Source of the DNA: a virus
Taxonomy: Duplodnaviria; Caudoviricetes
Virus record (IMG/VR): IMGVR_UViG_3300043021_000113
DNA: 64,000 nucleotides
Reading direction: 5' to 3' (one strand)
Both the position numbers and the translations under genes were made by a program. A model generated the notes under the pieces. The model did no database searches, was not told the origin of the DNA, and worked only from the letters and a program-made list of their open reading frames with translations. Below are positions 39,001 to 50,752 of the stretch, in pieces. How positions within the stretch are numbered: position 1 is the first letter of the stretch; every line of letters starts with the position of its first letter.

Positions 39001-42000
39001 AAATGGAGGAGCTTTTGCTCATGCAATAAAAACCGATTTTATAAAAGAAGAAAAAGGTTTTAAAAATGACCATAACGCTTCTCAATATATAAAAACAAAT
39101 GATGAATTAGAAGATTACATAAATAATGCTTCTTCTGATTCTATAGAGTCAGCACATGTGTCAGCCATGTTTAAACGTATGGTTAACATGCAAGCAAAAA
39201 TACATACGTTCACGCAAGGATTAATAACTGGTATTCCAAAACACGCAAAAATGATGGTTATGAAAGACTTTAGCAAGAAAGTTTGGAATGCAGCAGGAGT
39301 TATTAAAAATCTAGACACAGACGATGGTTCTGGTTATTCTCCAGGTGTTGCTAATGTTCTTTATCAATATAGCTTAGGAGATTTTAGAAATGACACCTCA
39401 AGCTTAAAATTAATTAGACACGCAACAGATGCAGACACACAAGTTGCAGAACTTGACAAATACGCCGTACAAATAGCAACTAATCAAGCTTGCAGACAAT
39501 CGGAAGCTTCAAAAAGGCCATTTTCTGAACTTCAAAATGCGATGTTATCTGCAATTAAATTTAATGAAGTTTTCCCAGAAGGAACAACAAATTTAAATAT
39601 TCTTGATTATTTATACGAAGGAGACGGAAGACATTTAAAAGTTGAAAACTTACAAGAAGCAATACTTAATTATACAGATTTTGCAGAAGACAACGAAGCA
39701 GAAAATAACCCAGAAGTTGAAAAATTACTACCTAATGTTTTAAGAAATAGAAACATAGCTTACAGTAGAAATGGAGAAAATGTTTATAACCATTTAATGG
39801 GTATTACTTATTTACAAGAAACCGGAGGTTATGCTTTATTATATAAAGCAACCGATATTGCAGGAAAAGATGTTGACACTTTTGAATCAAACACTGTTCA
39901 ATTACCCAATGGTTATTTTGTTAAAGTAATAAATGGTGACACATTGCTTGATTGGTTCAATGCTTTTGGTGGTATTTACTCAGTAGATGCTAAAACAAAA
40001 GAATTTAACGATAACAGCAATTATGCTTTAGCTGATCTTATAAATAACGTTATAATTAAAAAGTCAAATTTTAATATTGCAGCAATTCAAGCTGTTTCTC
40101 CTTGGGAAACAATGCCTAATAAAAACTTAGGAATAATTAATCAAGCCAATTATTATCAACCTTTAAAACATGCTCTAATTTATCAAGTTAACAATACAAC
40201 TGGAATGAAAAATGGAGCAAAGAATATTAATAACAATTGGCTTAAAGGTAACAATCGTTGGTTTGTAACTGATACTTCTTATTTTGGAGTACAAGGAAAT
40301 TTTGACCATAAATTCGATGATGAGGATGAAGCAAGAAGTACTGAATCTTCGCAGATGATCCTTGCAGCTCAAATTAACGGTTATAAATTTAACAATGTAG
40401 ATAAGCTTTACAAAGCACTTAGTAAAGTAATACAATATACAGCTAAAAATGAAATTGAAGCATCAATGGATGGAAAATCAGCTGAATTTTTAGCTAGAAA
40501 AGTAACTGAACTTATCGGTGAAAAAGAAAGAATAGGACTTGCTCAATCTTGGAATGATAAAGTAATTCGTGAGTGGGAAGCTGAAGGCTTAGAAGTTAAT
40601 TATAAAAATTTAGCAAGTAAACAAGCTTTCAGCGATCCAAATTTCTTTAATGTTATTGTTTCTTCTTTATCTTCTGCTATTAATAGAGGAGCAATTAGAA
40701 GAGACATGTCCGGTATAGCAGCAATTCTTGCTCCTGGTGAAGATTTAATAACTGTTGTTGACACAATAGATGATAACGGAAAACCGAGAATTTCTATGTC
40801 AAATGATATGTTAGCAACACTTAGAGCTAAAATAAACAAAGATCCAGAATATAAAGATAACATAGCCAGAGATCTTGCTTATCAAGACGCTTTACAAGCT
40901 TTTCGAGAAGGACGAAATCCTTTATCTGAAAAAACACCAGTTCCAAGAATAACTGCTTATGGTATTTATCAAGCAAATATAATGCTTGAAGATGGAAGAG
41001 CTATTTCAAAGCAATTTGAAGTAACAGATCCTAACATGTATTATAATATACAAAGAGGAAATTTAAATGCTGCTTTTAGTGATATATTAGCAATTGATGA
41101 TAAAGTAGCAAGTGTTGAGTATTTCAAATTATCAAGAACACCTAGAAATTTATTAAGTCGTCATTGGGTGTTTAACGCTGAAAATGGCGCTACTTATTGC
41201 GATTTAGATTTAAGCAGTGCTTATGATTTATTATTAAAACGTAAAGAATTAGGCAATAAAAACTCACCAGAGGATGAACAAAGAATAAAAAGTGAAATTG
41301 CCAGTCTTGAACAAGAACAACAAAGACAACTTGACGAAATAGAAAAAACAGGAATTTTAACTCTTCCTGATGGAACACAACTTAGAGGAACTCTTGAACG
41401 TAACGCAGGAGAAATTATAATGCCTGCTTATATGGCTACCAAATATGGCTTAAAAGAAGGAATGAGCCTAAATGACGTTAACAGAGAATTTTTCAAAAAT
41501 AGATATGAAAAATTCAATAATAAAGTTGCAAGAGGTGCAGAATATGCGTTTTTATCTGGAGAAGGTAAACATGTAAACGTTGTTGAAAGTTTGGATAATG
41601 TAAATTACAAAAAAGCAACTAAACTTGAAAATGTAAATGGTTACTTTGTAAATAAGAATGGATCTAGACTTTACGAAGCAATAAACAACAATCAAGAAAT
41701 GTTCATTGTTGATGGTCAAGTATTTTTAGTTTCAGATGTAAGAGATGCTTACAAATTTTTTAATAATAACAATTTTGCAGAAGTAAGAGCAGTTAATGAC
41801 ACACCAGCTACTCAATCTTACATGCAAACTTACGCTAAGCGTTCTTATTATTATTTTAAAAATAATCGTAGAAATTATCTTGAATTATTGTTTAATGATT
41901 ATTTAGATAAGGTCGAAGCCTCTTTTAATCAATCATTAAAAGTAATGGGTGTTCGTATTCCATGTCAAGCTTTGCAGTCAATAATGGCTATGAAAGTTGT

Positions 42001-42073
42001 TGGGTTTATTGAAGAACATTCAAACAGAGCTTATGTTCCAATTAAAAAGAATTGGATCGATGGAAGTGACTTT
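36017..42073 (+). CDS. Virion RNA polymerase exon 1; join(36017..42073,42365..45736) = 3142 aa
   Basis: GVRIPCQALQS..MKVVGF..NWIDGSDF motifs of the crAss two-barrel RNAP leading up to the catalytic loop. Confidence 0.85.
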
Positions 42074-42364
42074 TGTATAAATAAAAAATAATGGAAGTCG
42101 TAAAATCGCGTGAACTGCGGGAAACTCCTTAGAGCTTTTTTATACTAACTTATGGTAGAAATATACATAAGGGCTGAACTAATCACTCAGAGATAGTAAA
42201 AAGTAAAAAAGATTGGACAATCCGCAACCAAGCGTCCAGTAATGGATGAAGGCTCACAGACTATCCTTTTATGGAGTAGGGGCGAAAGCTTCGAAGTGCG
42301 CGACACTAATTAAAAATTAGTGATGATATAGTCGAGCTTTACGTGAAAACGTAGAGGGTAACTG
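42074..42364 (+). ncRNA. Group I intron 4 (291 nt, ORF-less) inside the RNAP catalytic motif
   Basis: P1 GACUUU/GAAGUC (U42073.G42094); P GAACTGCGGGAAA; Q CAATCCGCAACC; P7 C(A)GACUA/UAGUCG; terminal G42364; splice gives GSDF|DIDK. Confidence 0.9.
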
Positions 42365-45300
42365 GATATTGACAAAATCTACTTAACAGGCTTCAATGCC
42401 TCTAAAAATGGCATAATGGATGTTCACACATCTTGGTTTGATTATCGCTTTATGGACCAATCGTTCCAATTGCCATTTGCCGATGGAAAAGAAAAGAAAG
42501 TTGCTGAAAGACCAATTGCTCATAATTTTTCAGAACAGCAATTTTTAAATTTCCAAAGATATTTAGAAATGAACGAAGTTTTAACTCCTGAAGAATATCA
42601 AGACTTCGTCGATATAATGAACTTTATTTCTGAATATGAAATAATACCTAATGAATTAAAAGCTTTTGAAGGAGACATTAACGATTACTTCATGGATTCT
42701 TCAACAGAAGGAGAAAAGCTAACAGAAGCAACCAAAAATATTGTTTCTTATTATTTACACGATATTTCAAATTCTGTGGTAAATTCTATGGCTTCGGATA
42801 CACCGGTAACATCTGATACAACAGCAGCTGTTGCTTCTAAATCTGAAAAAGCTAGAGATGCTAAGCTTTTTTCAATGGATAATTACATGACGCTTCCAGC
42901 CATGAAACAAGCTAATTCTTATGGTAAAGATTGCATCGGTATTTCTGCTGTAGGCTTAAAATGTTTTAACACTTTAAGCTTTATGTATTCAAAAAAAATG
43001 TCTAATTTAGAAAAAGAATTAATACAAAAAGGAATAACTCCAGATGCAAGAGTTGAAGATTTAGACCAAGAATTAGTAAATCAAATTTGGCACGATTTAA
43101 ATATTAAAAAAGTAAATTTAGGTAAAAGAGATTATAACAAGTTAACACGACTTAAAGATAGAGCAGGAGTTTTAACTAATGAAGCAATAAATAAAGAATT
43201 AAAAAACTTCTTTACTGGCTTAGAAATAAACGGAGATGATATAGTATCAATTAATAATGTAAATTATAGATTAAACATTGTTGATGGTTACAAATATCTT
43301 TCCCCTTTATATGAAAACGCAAAAAGCATTGATCTTAGCAAGAGAAATGATGATTTATCGGCAATTGTTGAAGAAGCAGCTTTATTTATTGAACTTTTAA
43401 ATCAAACGGGAGTTAATCCAGCAGAATTAGCTTTAAGTAAAATTGAAGAAGAAACGGGAGTTTCTAACTTTATAAGAACTCAAGCAATAAATATCGCTGA
43501 TTATACAGGAGATCAAAATTTATTAATTGAAAAATACAAGTTATCTTCTGCAATTATTAATGCAAATTTAGTTGCTAACGTTAACTTTACAAATACTCCA
43601 ATATTAAATAATATTTACGGTCAATTCGTAAAAAATAATAATATAATTGATGTTAGATTAACAGCTGATAAAAGCTTAGATATGTCCGAGCTTGTGACAA
43701 TTTCAACAGATAATGCAAAAGAGCTTATCCTTGAAAAAATCAATGCAAGTCCTGCACTAATAGGTGTTTATTCTTATTTAACTTCTATTGGGTTACCTCT
43801 TGATGTTATAGCTGATTATATGATATCAAAAGAAGTTAACACAATTGCTAGTTTAGCAGAAAGCAACGTTTTTACTGGAGACAACATGAACGTTGATAAA
43901 GCAATTGCTAAAATAACTGGTATTCCTTATTATAGAAATTATCTTAAAGGTTGGGAAGCAATAAAACTTCTTCGTGGACCAAAGAAAAGTAATTCTAAAA
44001 CAAGCATGTTATATCGTGCTTTAGAAGCTTACAAAAAACATAGATCAACAAGTATTCAAGATGCAAAAATAGCTACAAGCATTCAAAATAATTTAGGAGA
44101 TTATGAAAAAGTAAAGCTTGGACAGTTATTCAGTGAATTTAACAAATTAGGTCCTAATGCTTTAAAAGCTCTTGCTGATGTAATAAAAGATGATTACCCA
44201 AAATTGGATAGCAAAATAAAACATGGAATGAAGCGTTATGAGAACGCAATTCGTGAATCTGTAAGCTATAAAGAAGATCTAGACATGGATTTTATAAATG
44301 CTTTTGCTGAGTTATATTTAGGAGCTGATGAATTAAAGCTTTTTGGATCAAGACTTAATATTAATCAAGGAATGAAAACAACTGCATTTGAGCTTATAAG
44401 TGGTTATAATCGATACAATAATACAGTTGCAAGATTTGCTAAGAAAAGAGATTTAGATTTAATGGAACTTTCATCAAAAGTAAATTTAGATGGAAGCCAA
44501 TTTGACATAAGCAATATTTATACCGGTAAACAAACAAAAGAACTTACGGATTTATACGATGCTTTAAAAATTCATCATAACATAGTTGAAGCTGAAATAA
44601 TGTCTCCTAGCTTTTCTTCAATGCATCTTGCCAAAGATTCCGCGGTAAATATTCTTAGGAATTCTTCAGCTAAATTTAAAGCTCTTGAACTAATGTATAA
44701 AACATTTGGTCAATATGCAAACGAAGATAACTTCAAGGATCTTATGGATTTTTTAAATAAAGACATAACGAATCTTTATCTTTCAAATCTTGATCTTGAT
44801 TATAACGTTAAAAAAGACTCTGAGATTTACAAAGACGAGGACGATAAAAAAATAAAAACAGAACGTGATTCTGTAATTTCCATTAAAAGCAAAAATGGAG
44901 TTGTAAACTTTAAAATATTAATGGAAAAAAGACTTCAAGATTTAAAGAAATTGTATCCTGAAAATCAATTTTTATCTAACATTGGTTACGATTCAATAGC
45001 TGATAAATTAACCAGGGCTGAATATACAATAATGAAGCCTAATAACTTAAACATGAATAGCATTTTAAGTGATACGGACATTTACAGATATTCTCAAATG
45101 GTAAATGGCTTCAAAGAGCTTACAAGTATAAAATCAGATTTTATCGATGGAATGAATATTTCTGATGAATTCATGCTTTATAATTTAATAATAAATAATA
45201 ATGGCTACAGTAAATCTTCTTTTTCAAGATTTTTTGATGAAGCGATAGATTCTGATTCTGAAAATATAATTTCTGATTATATGCGATTTGTTGGTAATTT

Positions 45301-45736
45301 GGATTATTCTTCGCATTTATCAAATAAAGGAGAAAGTGAATTTGAATGGGCGAATGAATCAAATTATAAAACTTATGTTTCAGATGATAAAGAAATAGTT
45401 TATAATTCAACAATAAATAGTACTTATTTAAATTTACTTCATGCTCAAAAAGTAGGAAAAGAATTTAAGCTTGATTTTAAATCTAATGGAGATTTTGTCA
45501 AGAAATGGAATAATACTTCAAAATCGTTTGATTTTTACCGATGGATAGGAACAGGAAATAATGGTGCTTATGAAAAAATAAAAAACCTTGGTTCTCTTAA
45601 AAATGCTCCTTCTTTTTTAACGGTTATTAAAAACGATTCAAACAACGTTATTAATAATTCAAGGAGTAGATCAATAGCTAAAGAGCTTCAAAGGGATATT
45701 GACAATAACAAAATAACATTAATTTTTAATTGTTAA
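42365..45736 (+). CDS. Virion RNA polymerase exon 2
   Basis: Frame open from GAT 42365 (DIDKIYLTGF...), in frame with ORF 42416; GKDCIGISA and STDNAKELIL motifs. Confidence 0.85.
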   Translation, partial: DIDKIYLTGFNASKNGIMDVHTSWFDYRFMDQSFQLPFADGKEKKVAERPIAHNFSEQQFLNFQRYLEMNEVLTPEEYQDFVDIMNFISEYEIIPNELKAFEGDINDYFMDSSTEGEKLTEATKNIVSYYLHDISNSVVNSMASDTPVTSDTTAAVASKSEKARDAKLFSMDNYMTLPAMKQANSYGKDCIGISAVGLKCFNTLSFMYSKKMSNLEKELIQKGITPDARVEDLDQELVNQIWHDLNIKKVNLGKRDYNKLTRLKDRAGVLTNEAINKELKNFFTGLEINGDDIVSINNVNYRLNIVDGYKYLSPLYENAKSIDLSKRNDDLSAIVEEAALFIELLNQTGVNPAELALSKIEEETGVSNFIRTQAINIADYTGDQNLLIEKYKLSSAIINANLVANVNFTNTPILNNIYGQFVKNNNIIDVRLTADKSLDMSELVTISTDNAKELILEKINASPALIGVYSYLTSIGLPLDVIADYMISKEVNTIASLAESNVFTGDNMNVDKAIAKITGIPYYRNYLKGWEAIKLLRGPKKSNSKTSMLYRALEAYKKHRSTSIQDAKIATSIQNNLGDYEKVKLGQLFSEFNKLGPNALKALADVIKDDYPKLDSKIKHGMKRYENAIRESVSYKEDLDMDFINAFAELYLGADELKLFGSRLNINQGMKTTAFELISGYNRYNNTVARFAKKRDLDLMELSSKVNLDGSQFDISNIYTGKQTKELTDLYDALKIHHNIVEAEIMSPSFSSMHLAKDSAVNILRNSSAKFKALELMYKTFGQYANEDNFKDLMDFLNKDITNLYLSNLDLDYNVKKDSEIYKDEDDKKIKTERDSVISIKSKNGVVNFKILMEKRLQDLKKLYPENQFLSNIGYDSIADKLTRAEYTIMKPNNLNMNSILSDTDIYRYSQMVNGFKELTSIKSDFIDGMNISDEFMLYNLIINNNGYSKSSFSRFFDEAIDSDSENIISDYMRFVGNLDYSSHLSNKGESEFEWANESNYKTYVSDDKEIVYNSTINSTYLNLLHAQKVGKEFKLDFKSNGDFVKKWNNTSKSFDFYRWIGTGNNGAYEKIKNLGSLKNAPSFLTVIKNDSNNVINNSRSRSIAKELQRDIDNNKITLIFNC

Positions 45737-48700
45737 TGGCAAATTGTGAAATAATAATGATGGCTGGTGGAGATGTAACAGCTGTCATTTCACCAGAAGA
45801 AAACACCGGAAATTTGACCCCAAGAACATTCTTGGGGCAAATTGTAGGTGATAAAGTGATTCAAGATAAATACGAATCAATAAGAAACAATATGAATAAC
45901 AGAGCCGTTGATTTGTCAGTGGTTCTAAATAATGAGAGAGCAACACTTATGGGTTATTCTCCATTAAGTTTTGATAGAAAATATGGAAGAATATTTCCAA
46001 CAGATATAAGAGAAATGTTAAATGTAATTTCTAATACAGAAAATGGAAAGAAATTAAAAATAGCATTTGCTCCTAAGTTTAAAATGAATGGCCAGTCAAC
46101 AGCTGGTGTTTATATGCATACAAAAGATTTAATAATTGTTGCTGATTCGGAAAGTAAAGCTTCAACTATTAATTCTTTAAGACATGAATTGGTTCATTAT
46201 TTATACGATAACGTTTTAGAAATTGGACTTAATAATAGAAACAATCCTGACTTAACAGAAGGAGACAAAATAAGTGTTCAAATTTTCAATGATCTTTTAA
46301 GTGTACATCAAGATTTATTAACAAAACTTCCAGAAATTGAACGCTTGTCAAGTTCAACTGGTACTGAATATATGTCTAGACTTTCAAATATCCTTAAAAA
46401 CTATAAAGATTTTAAAAATATTAATGATGTAAAAGAATTTGCAGCTTATATGTTGGAAGATCTAAGAGTTGTTAATTGGATAAGAGAAAATTTAGATAAT
46501 AAATTAGCAGATGCTTTCGATACATTCGCTGGAGCTTCTGGTATAAAATCTGGAATTGTTAAATATGAAGCCCACGCTTCAATTGAAAGCTCGATTAAAG
46601 AATTAAGAAATAAACACAAATTATTTAATGTTAAACCTTACACTGGCCCAATAAATAATTTTAACTATATAGGTTGGGGTTCTTATTTTGAAGGAGAAAT
46701 AAACAATACTCCAGGACGCTTTATATATGAAACAGCAGGACTTGTTAGATCAATAGATACTAACGAGTATTTTGATATAACACAAAGAGCAAAAGATATT
46801 TCAAAGTCAATGCCTATTGAAACAGCAGCAAGAATGCTTGCTGATATGAACGAAAATTTAAATAAAAACAAAATAGCAATTATTACATTAGAAGACTACG
46901 TAAACGATGCTGAATATTCCAACTTGTATGGAGCATTTACACAAGTAGGAAATACACCAATAACTATTAATTTAGAACAAGGAAAAGCTATTTTATCAAG
47001 AAATGAAGATGGAGTAGTTGTTCTTGGTTTTGAGAACCATCCTGCACTTGGTAATATGCAAAACATCTCAACTGATGACTTTTTAACACATGCTATAAAA
47101 GTTGGTGATAGTTTAATAGCTAAAGATCAAAGCGAAGCAAGAAATGAAGATTTAGAAGTTGACGGAAGCGATGCTGACCCTGAAACATTTGAAAGAAACA
47201 CGGGGATGTCTTTTAGGCTTTTAAATAATGATGTAAAAATTGATAAATCGGACAAGTTAGGTAGATTTTGGAGTAAAGAGAAAAACGAGAATAAAAAAGC
47301 AGAAAAAAACGCTGTTGAATTTTACAATTACTTTTTAGAAAGAAAAGATAATCAATTTCAATATTGGTCCCGCTTAAAACCTATTAACAATGACTTTCAA
47401 ATGAGACAAGTTTCTTCTGGAGATTTGATATTGTGTAATCCTATTGCTTACATGTCAGTTGATGAAGCGCATTCTTTAGGCTTTAAATATAACAAAGGTG
47501 TTATTTTACAACAATTCATCGATGAAACAAACAATTTATCTGATGATAACAAATACAAAAAAGCTCGTTTAGCTTGGGCTAAAAAGCAAGAAGAATTCAA
47601 AAGTTACGATACTAATTACATATCTAATGGTTCTTTTTATGATGCTAACGAAGGCAAATGGTATGCTTACATAATGTACCCATTCGGTAAAGGAGGAGAA
47701 AAAGGAGTTGCAGCTTTAAGAGTAAATCTAGAGAGTAAATATGTAAAAGGTTTTAAAAGCCTTGGTAGTGAATATAAGATGATTTATGACAGAAACGGTG
47801 ATCTTATAGAAAAAGACACTTATAGTCGATTAAATCTTGATGGAATGAGTGAAGGTGAAATTGAATTAGTAAATACTGTTGTAAATAATCTTAACTCTGA
47901 AGGTGTAAAATTATATGAAAACCAAACAACAATAAAAATGGATGATGACGACACGGACATTCAACTTTCGGAAGATGAAAACATTTTTAGTGTTAGAATT
48001 TCTGGATTTGCAGGAGATGAAGCCGTAATAAATATGGCTGATCAAGCAAGCGTTGGTGACGTGATCGTTTTTAATAAATGGGTAAAAGGTAAGAAAAAAC
48101 CAGTTCAACAATACGCTGTTAAAATTCAAAACTCAGAAGGCGGAATTGTAGCAAAAACAACTGATGGTGACATTGTAATTGTAAACCCAGAAATGATAAC
48201 TAGGGTTTATTTACACGCTAACAATGACCATAAATTACTTGATGAACTAAACCAAACAGAAGCAGCTTTTGCTTCTGGATATGATAATATACAAAGTGGA
48301 GACAATTTATATAGTATCTTTCCTTTCTTTAACCATGATCAAGCAGTAGATAAAGAAGGCAATTTAGTTTATGAAACAAGAAAGGATAAAAACGGCAATG
48401 AAGAATTCAAGCTTGATGATAACGGAAATCAAATTCCAGTTTTAGCTAAGAATCGCCAAAACATGGCTAATAATTTAAAACGTGGTGATATAATAAAAGT
48501 TCAATATGTAAGCGATGGTAAAATTAGAGATTCTTTATTTGAATTTCAATTTGCAACATCAACTAGGGCTTATTATAAAACTAGGGATGTTTACGATGAT
48601 AACGGAAAATTAATTAAAAAAGGATTTTTAAACCACGTTTCAATTAATCAATATTCGGACGCTAAATGGAAAAAGGATGACAATGGCAATTGGTATAATA

Positions 48701-50751
48701 TAGGAGATCCTTCAACTTATAAGCCAGAAATTATTGCTGCTTATTCTTTAGGATCAAAAGCTGATGGTGTCCTTTATGATTACGTACAAGAAAGAAAAGC
48801 TTTTCAAAGTGAACTTTTCAATCAAAAGAAAAGAATTAAGAAAGATGTTGCCACTGAGTCAATGGAAGATGCTTTATTAGCTCTTGCTGGTCAAGAAGAA
48901 ACAATAAACATGACAATTGATAGCAACGGAGAAGTTGAAATTTTCCAACATGAAAACGGTTTAGATCAAGAATGGAATATGGAAAGCTTGGATGGTTTAA
49001 AATATGAAGAAAAACTCGATGCTTTATGTGATCTTTCAAGAGGTGACTTAGTAGAAGTTAATTTTGAAAAAGACGGAGAAGCTAGAAAATACTTAGCGGT
49101 TTTTAAAGGTTATTCTAAAGATGGAGACATTAAGGTTATTTATAGAAAAAAAGACGGTAATAACACCGCTTTTGACGATATAGTACAACCTACGAATATT
49201 TCAAGAGTTGGTAAAAGAATAAAACCTTTGGTTTATTATCAAAGAGAAAATGAAAATGGAGAACGTATGACTTATTATTCTAGTTTAACGGAACAAGAAG
49301 TAAAATCACGTTTTGATGATATAAAAGTAATTCATACATTAGCAGATGGTCACACGGCAGATCTTAAATTTTTAAAAGATCGTTTAAATTGGCTTTATGA
49401 TTCAGGGAAAAAATCTGCTCAATTTACAGAAGCTCAAAAAAGAAAATTTGAAAATAAACATCCTGATTTAATGGATTATTTAAAGAAAAGAGGAATTTTT
49501 GTTAAAAACGCAGAATTTGCAAAGTTCTTTGTTTATAAAGATAACTCAGGAAATGTAAAATATAAAATGGAAGAATCCGAAATTGACGGATTCAAGCTTA
49601 CTGATGAAGTAAAATATTATATAAAGGTTGAAAGATACTTTAAAAATAAAAAAGGAGAAAGTGCAGTTAATGCTTTATCTGCTCTTGAATTACAAGAAGA
49701 CGAAAGAGGGCGTGGTTATACAAAACAATTTGGACTTGATAATGAAAGCTTCAATGATATTTTAAAGGTAACTGATATTGGAGATGCTATACAAGTTTAT
49801 TTTCCAAGTAAGGATAATCCAGACAAAAACGAATATAGAACAGGAATTGTTACCAAAAAAACAAATTCTATGATGTCTGTTGCTTATATTGTTAAATCAA
49901 ATGATGATACATTTTATCCTTGTAGTATTAACCTTTATGGGAATAAATATGATGACGGCAGTTTAAGGGTAAAAGAACTTTACACAATGTATCGTAAAGA
50001 AAAGCAAGAAGCGTTTTCAAATATGAAACGTAATATTAAGCAATCAAAAGAAACTGAAATTATTAAAAAGTCCCATGATTCAAAAGAAGCTGTAAGTTTA
50101 ATTACAAGAAACCTTAAAAATATATATAATGCTAATGTTGAGGTAATGAGTAATGAGCAAATGGTAAAAATGGGTTCTGATAGAGGAATAAACTTAGAAG
50201 GCACGAGAGCTTGCGTTATTGATGGCAAAATATATATAAATATTGATAGAGCCTCAACAGCTGATGTTTTACATGAATTTACGCATATATTACTTCCTGG
50301 TTTGAAAGCAAGAAATCCTGAAGCTTACGAAGCCATATTATCTAAAGTTCAAGAACACCCAGCTTTTGAACAGGTAAAAGCAGAATATAAAAATTTAAAT
50401 GATGCAGATTTGGCAGAAGAAACTTTTTGTACTATCTTTGGAGAATATTTCAGAAAACAATTAATGTCAAAAGATGAACAAGCATGGTTTGATGGAAACT
50501 TTATGGATATTGCAAGTTCAGTTGCTGATGTTGTCAAAGATGTTGTACAAGTTGATTTTGATTTTATAAGTTCTTATGACTTAATGAACATGTCTCTTGA
50601 TGAAATAATGGATCAATTCGGTTCTGATTTGATAACTGGAAAGTTTGACAGGGTTTATGAAATAGGTTATCAAATAGAGTCAAATAATAATGATGTTTCC
50701 AGGGTTTATCAAAGCCTGATTGATTTTGGAGATTTATTAATAATATGTTAA
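45736..50751 (+). CDS. Giant protein with two zincin HExxH motifs and repeated GD-x-hydrophobic beta modules
   Basis: LRHELVHY and VLHEFTHI..LAEE; ATG 45736 overlaps the upstream TAA (TAATG). Confidence 0.7.
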   Translation: MANCEIIMMAGGDVTAVISPEENTGNLTPRTFLGQIVGDKVIQDKYESIRNNMNNRAVDLSVVLNNERATLMGYSPLSFDRKYGRIFPTDIREMLNVISNTENGKKLKIAFAPKFKMNGQSTAGVYMHTKDLIIVADSESKASTINSLRHELVHYLYDNVLEIGLNNRNNPDLTEGDKISVQIFNDLLSVHQDLLTKLPEIERLSSSTGTEYMSRLSNILKNYKDFKNINDVKEFAAYMLEDLRVVNWIRENLDNKLADAFDTFAGASGIKSGIVKYEAHASIESSIKELRNKHKLFNVKPYTGPINNFNYIGWGSYFEGEINNTPGRFIYETAGLVRSIDTNEYFDITQRAKDISKSMPIETAARMLADMNENLNKNKIAIITLEDYVNDAEYSNLYGAFTQVGNTPITINLEQGKAILSRNEDGVVVLGFENHPALGNMQNISTDDFLTHAIKVGDSLIAKDQSEARNEDLEVDGSDADPETFERNTGMSFRLLNNDVKIDKSDKLGRFWSKEKNENKKAEKNAVEFYNYFLERKDNQFQYWSRLKPINNDFQMRQVSSGDLILCNPIAYMSVDEAHSLGFKYNKGVILQQFIDETNNLSDDNKYKKARLAWAKKQEEFKSYDTNYISNGSFYDANEGKWYAYIMYPFGKGGEKGVAALRVNLESKYVKGFKSLGSEYKMIYDRNGDLIEKDTYSRLNLDGMSEGEIELVNTVVNNLNSEGVKLYENQTTIKMDDDDTDIQLSEDENIFSVRISGFAGDEAVINMADQASVGDVIVFNKWVKGKKKPVQQYAVKIQNSEGGIVAKTTDGDIVIVNPEMITRVYLHANNDHKLLDELNQTEAAFASGYDNIQSGDNLYSIFPFFNHDQAVDKEGNLVYETRKDKNGNEEFKLDDNGNQIPVLAKNRQNMANNLKRGDIIKVQYVSDGKIRDSLFEFQFATSTRAYYKTRDVYDDNGKLIKKGFLNHVSINQYSDAKWKKDDNGNWYNIGDPSTYKPEIIAAYSLGSKADGVLYDYVQERKAFQSELFNQKKRIKKDVATESMEDALLALAGQEETINMTIDSNGEVEIFQHENGLDQEWNMESLDGLKYEEKLDALCDLSRGDLVEVNFEKDGEARKYLAVFKGYSKDGDIKVIYRKKDGNNTAFDDIVQPTNISRVGKRIKPLVYYQRENENGERMTYYSSLTEQEVKSRFDDIKVIHTLADGHTADLKFLKDRLNWLYDSGKKSAQFTEAQKRKFENKHPDLMDYLKKRGIFVKNAEFAKFFVYKDNSGNVKYKMEESEIDGFKLTDEVKYYIKVERYFKNKKGESAVNALSALELQEDERGRGYTKQFGLDNESFNDILKVTDIGDAIQVYFPSKDNPDKNEYRTGIVTKKTNSMMSVAYIVKSNDDTFYPCSINLYGNKYDDGSLRVKELYTMYRKEKQEAFSNMKRNIKQSKETEIIKKSHDSKEAVSLITRNLKNIYNANVEVMSNEQMVKMGSDRGINLEGTRACVIDGKIYINIDRASTADVLHEFTHILLPGLKARNPEAYEAILSKVQEHPAFEQVKAEYKNLNDADLAEETFCTIFGEYFRKQLMSKDEQAWFDGNFMDIASSVADVVKDVVQVDFDFISSYDLMNMSLDEIMDQFGSDLITGKFDRVYEIGYQIESNNNDVSRVYQSLIDFGDLLIIC

Positions 50752-50752
50752 A

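Noticed and set aside
42092-42415. Two separate RNAP subunit genes with an intergenic spacer, or an intein
   Set aside because: The spacer has a complete group I core and splicing restores DFDID in frame; the in-frame stop excludes a contiguous intein.
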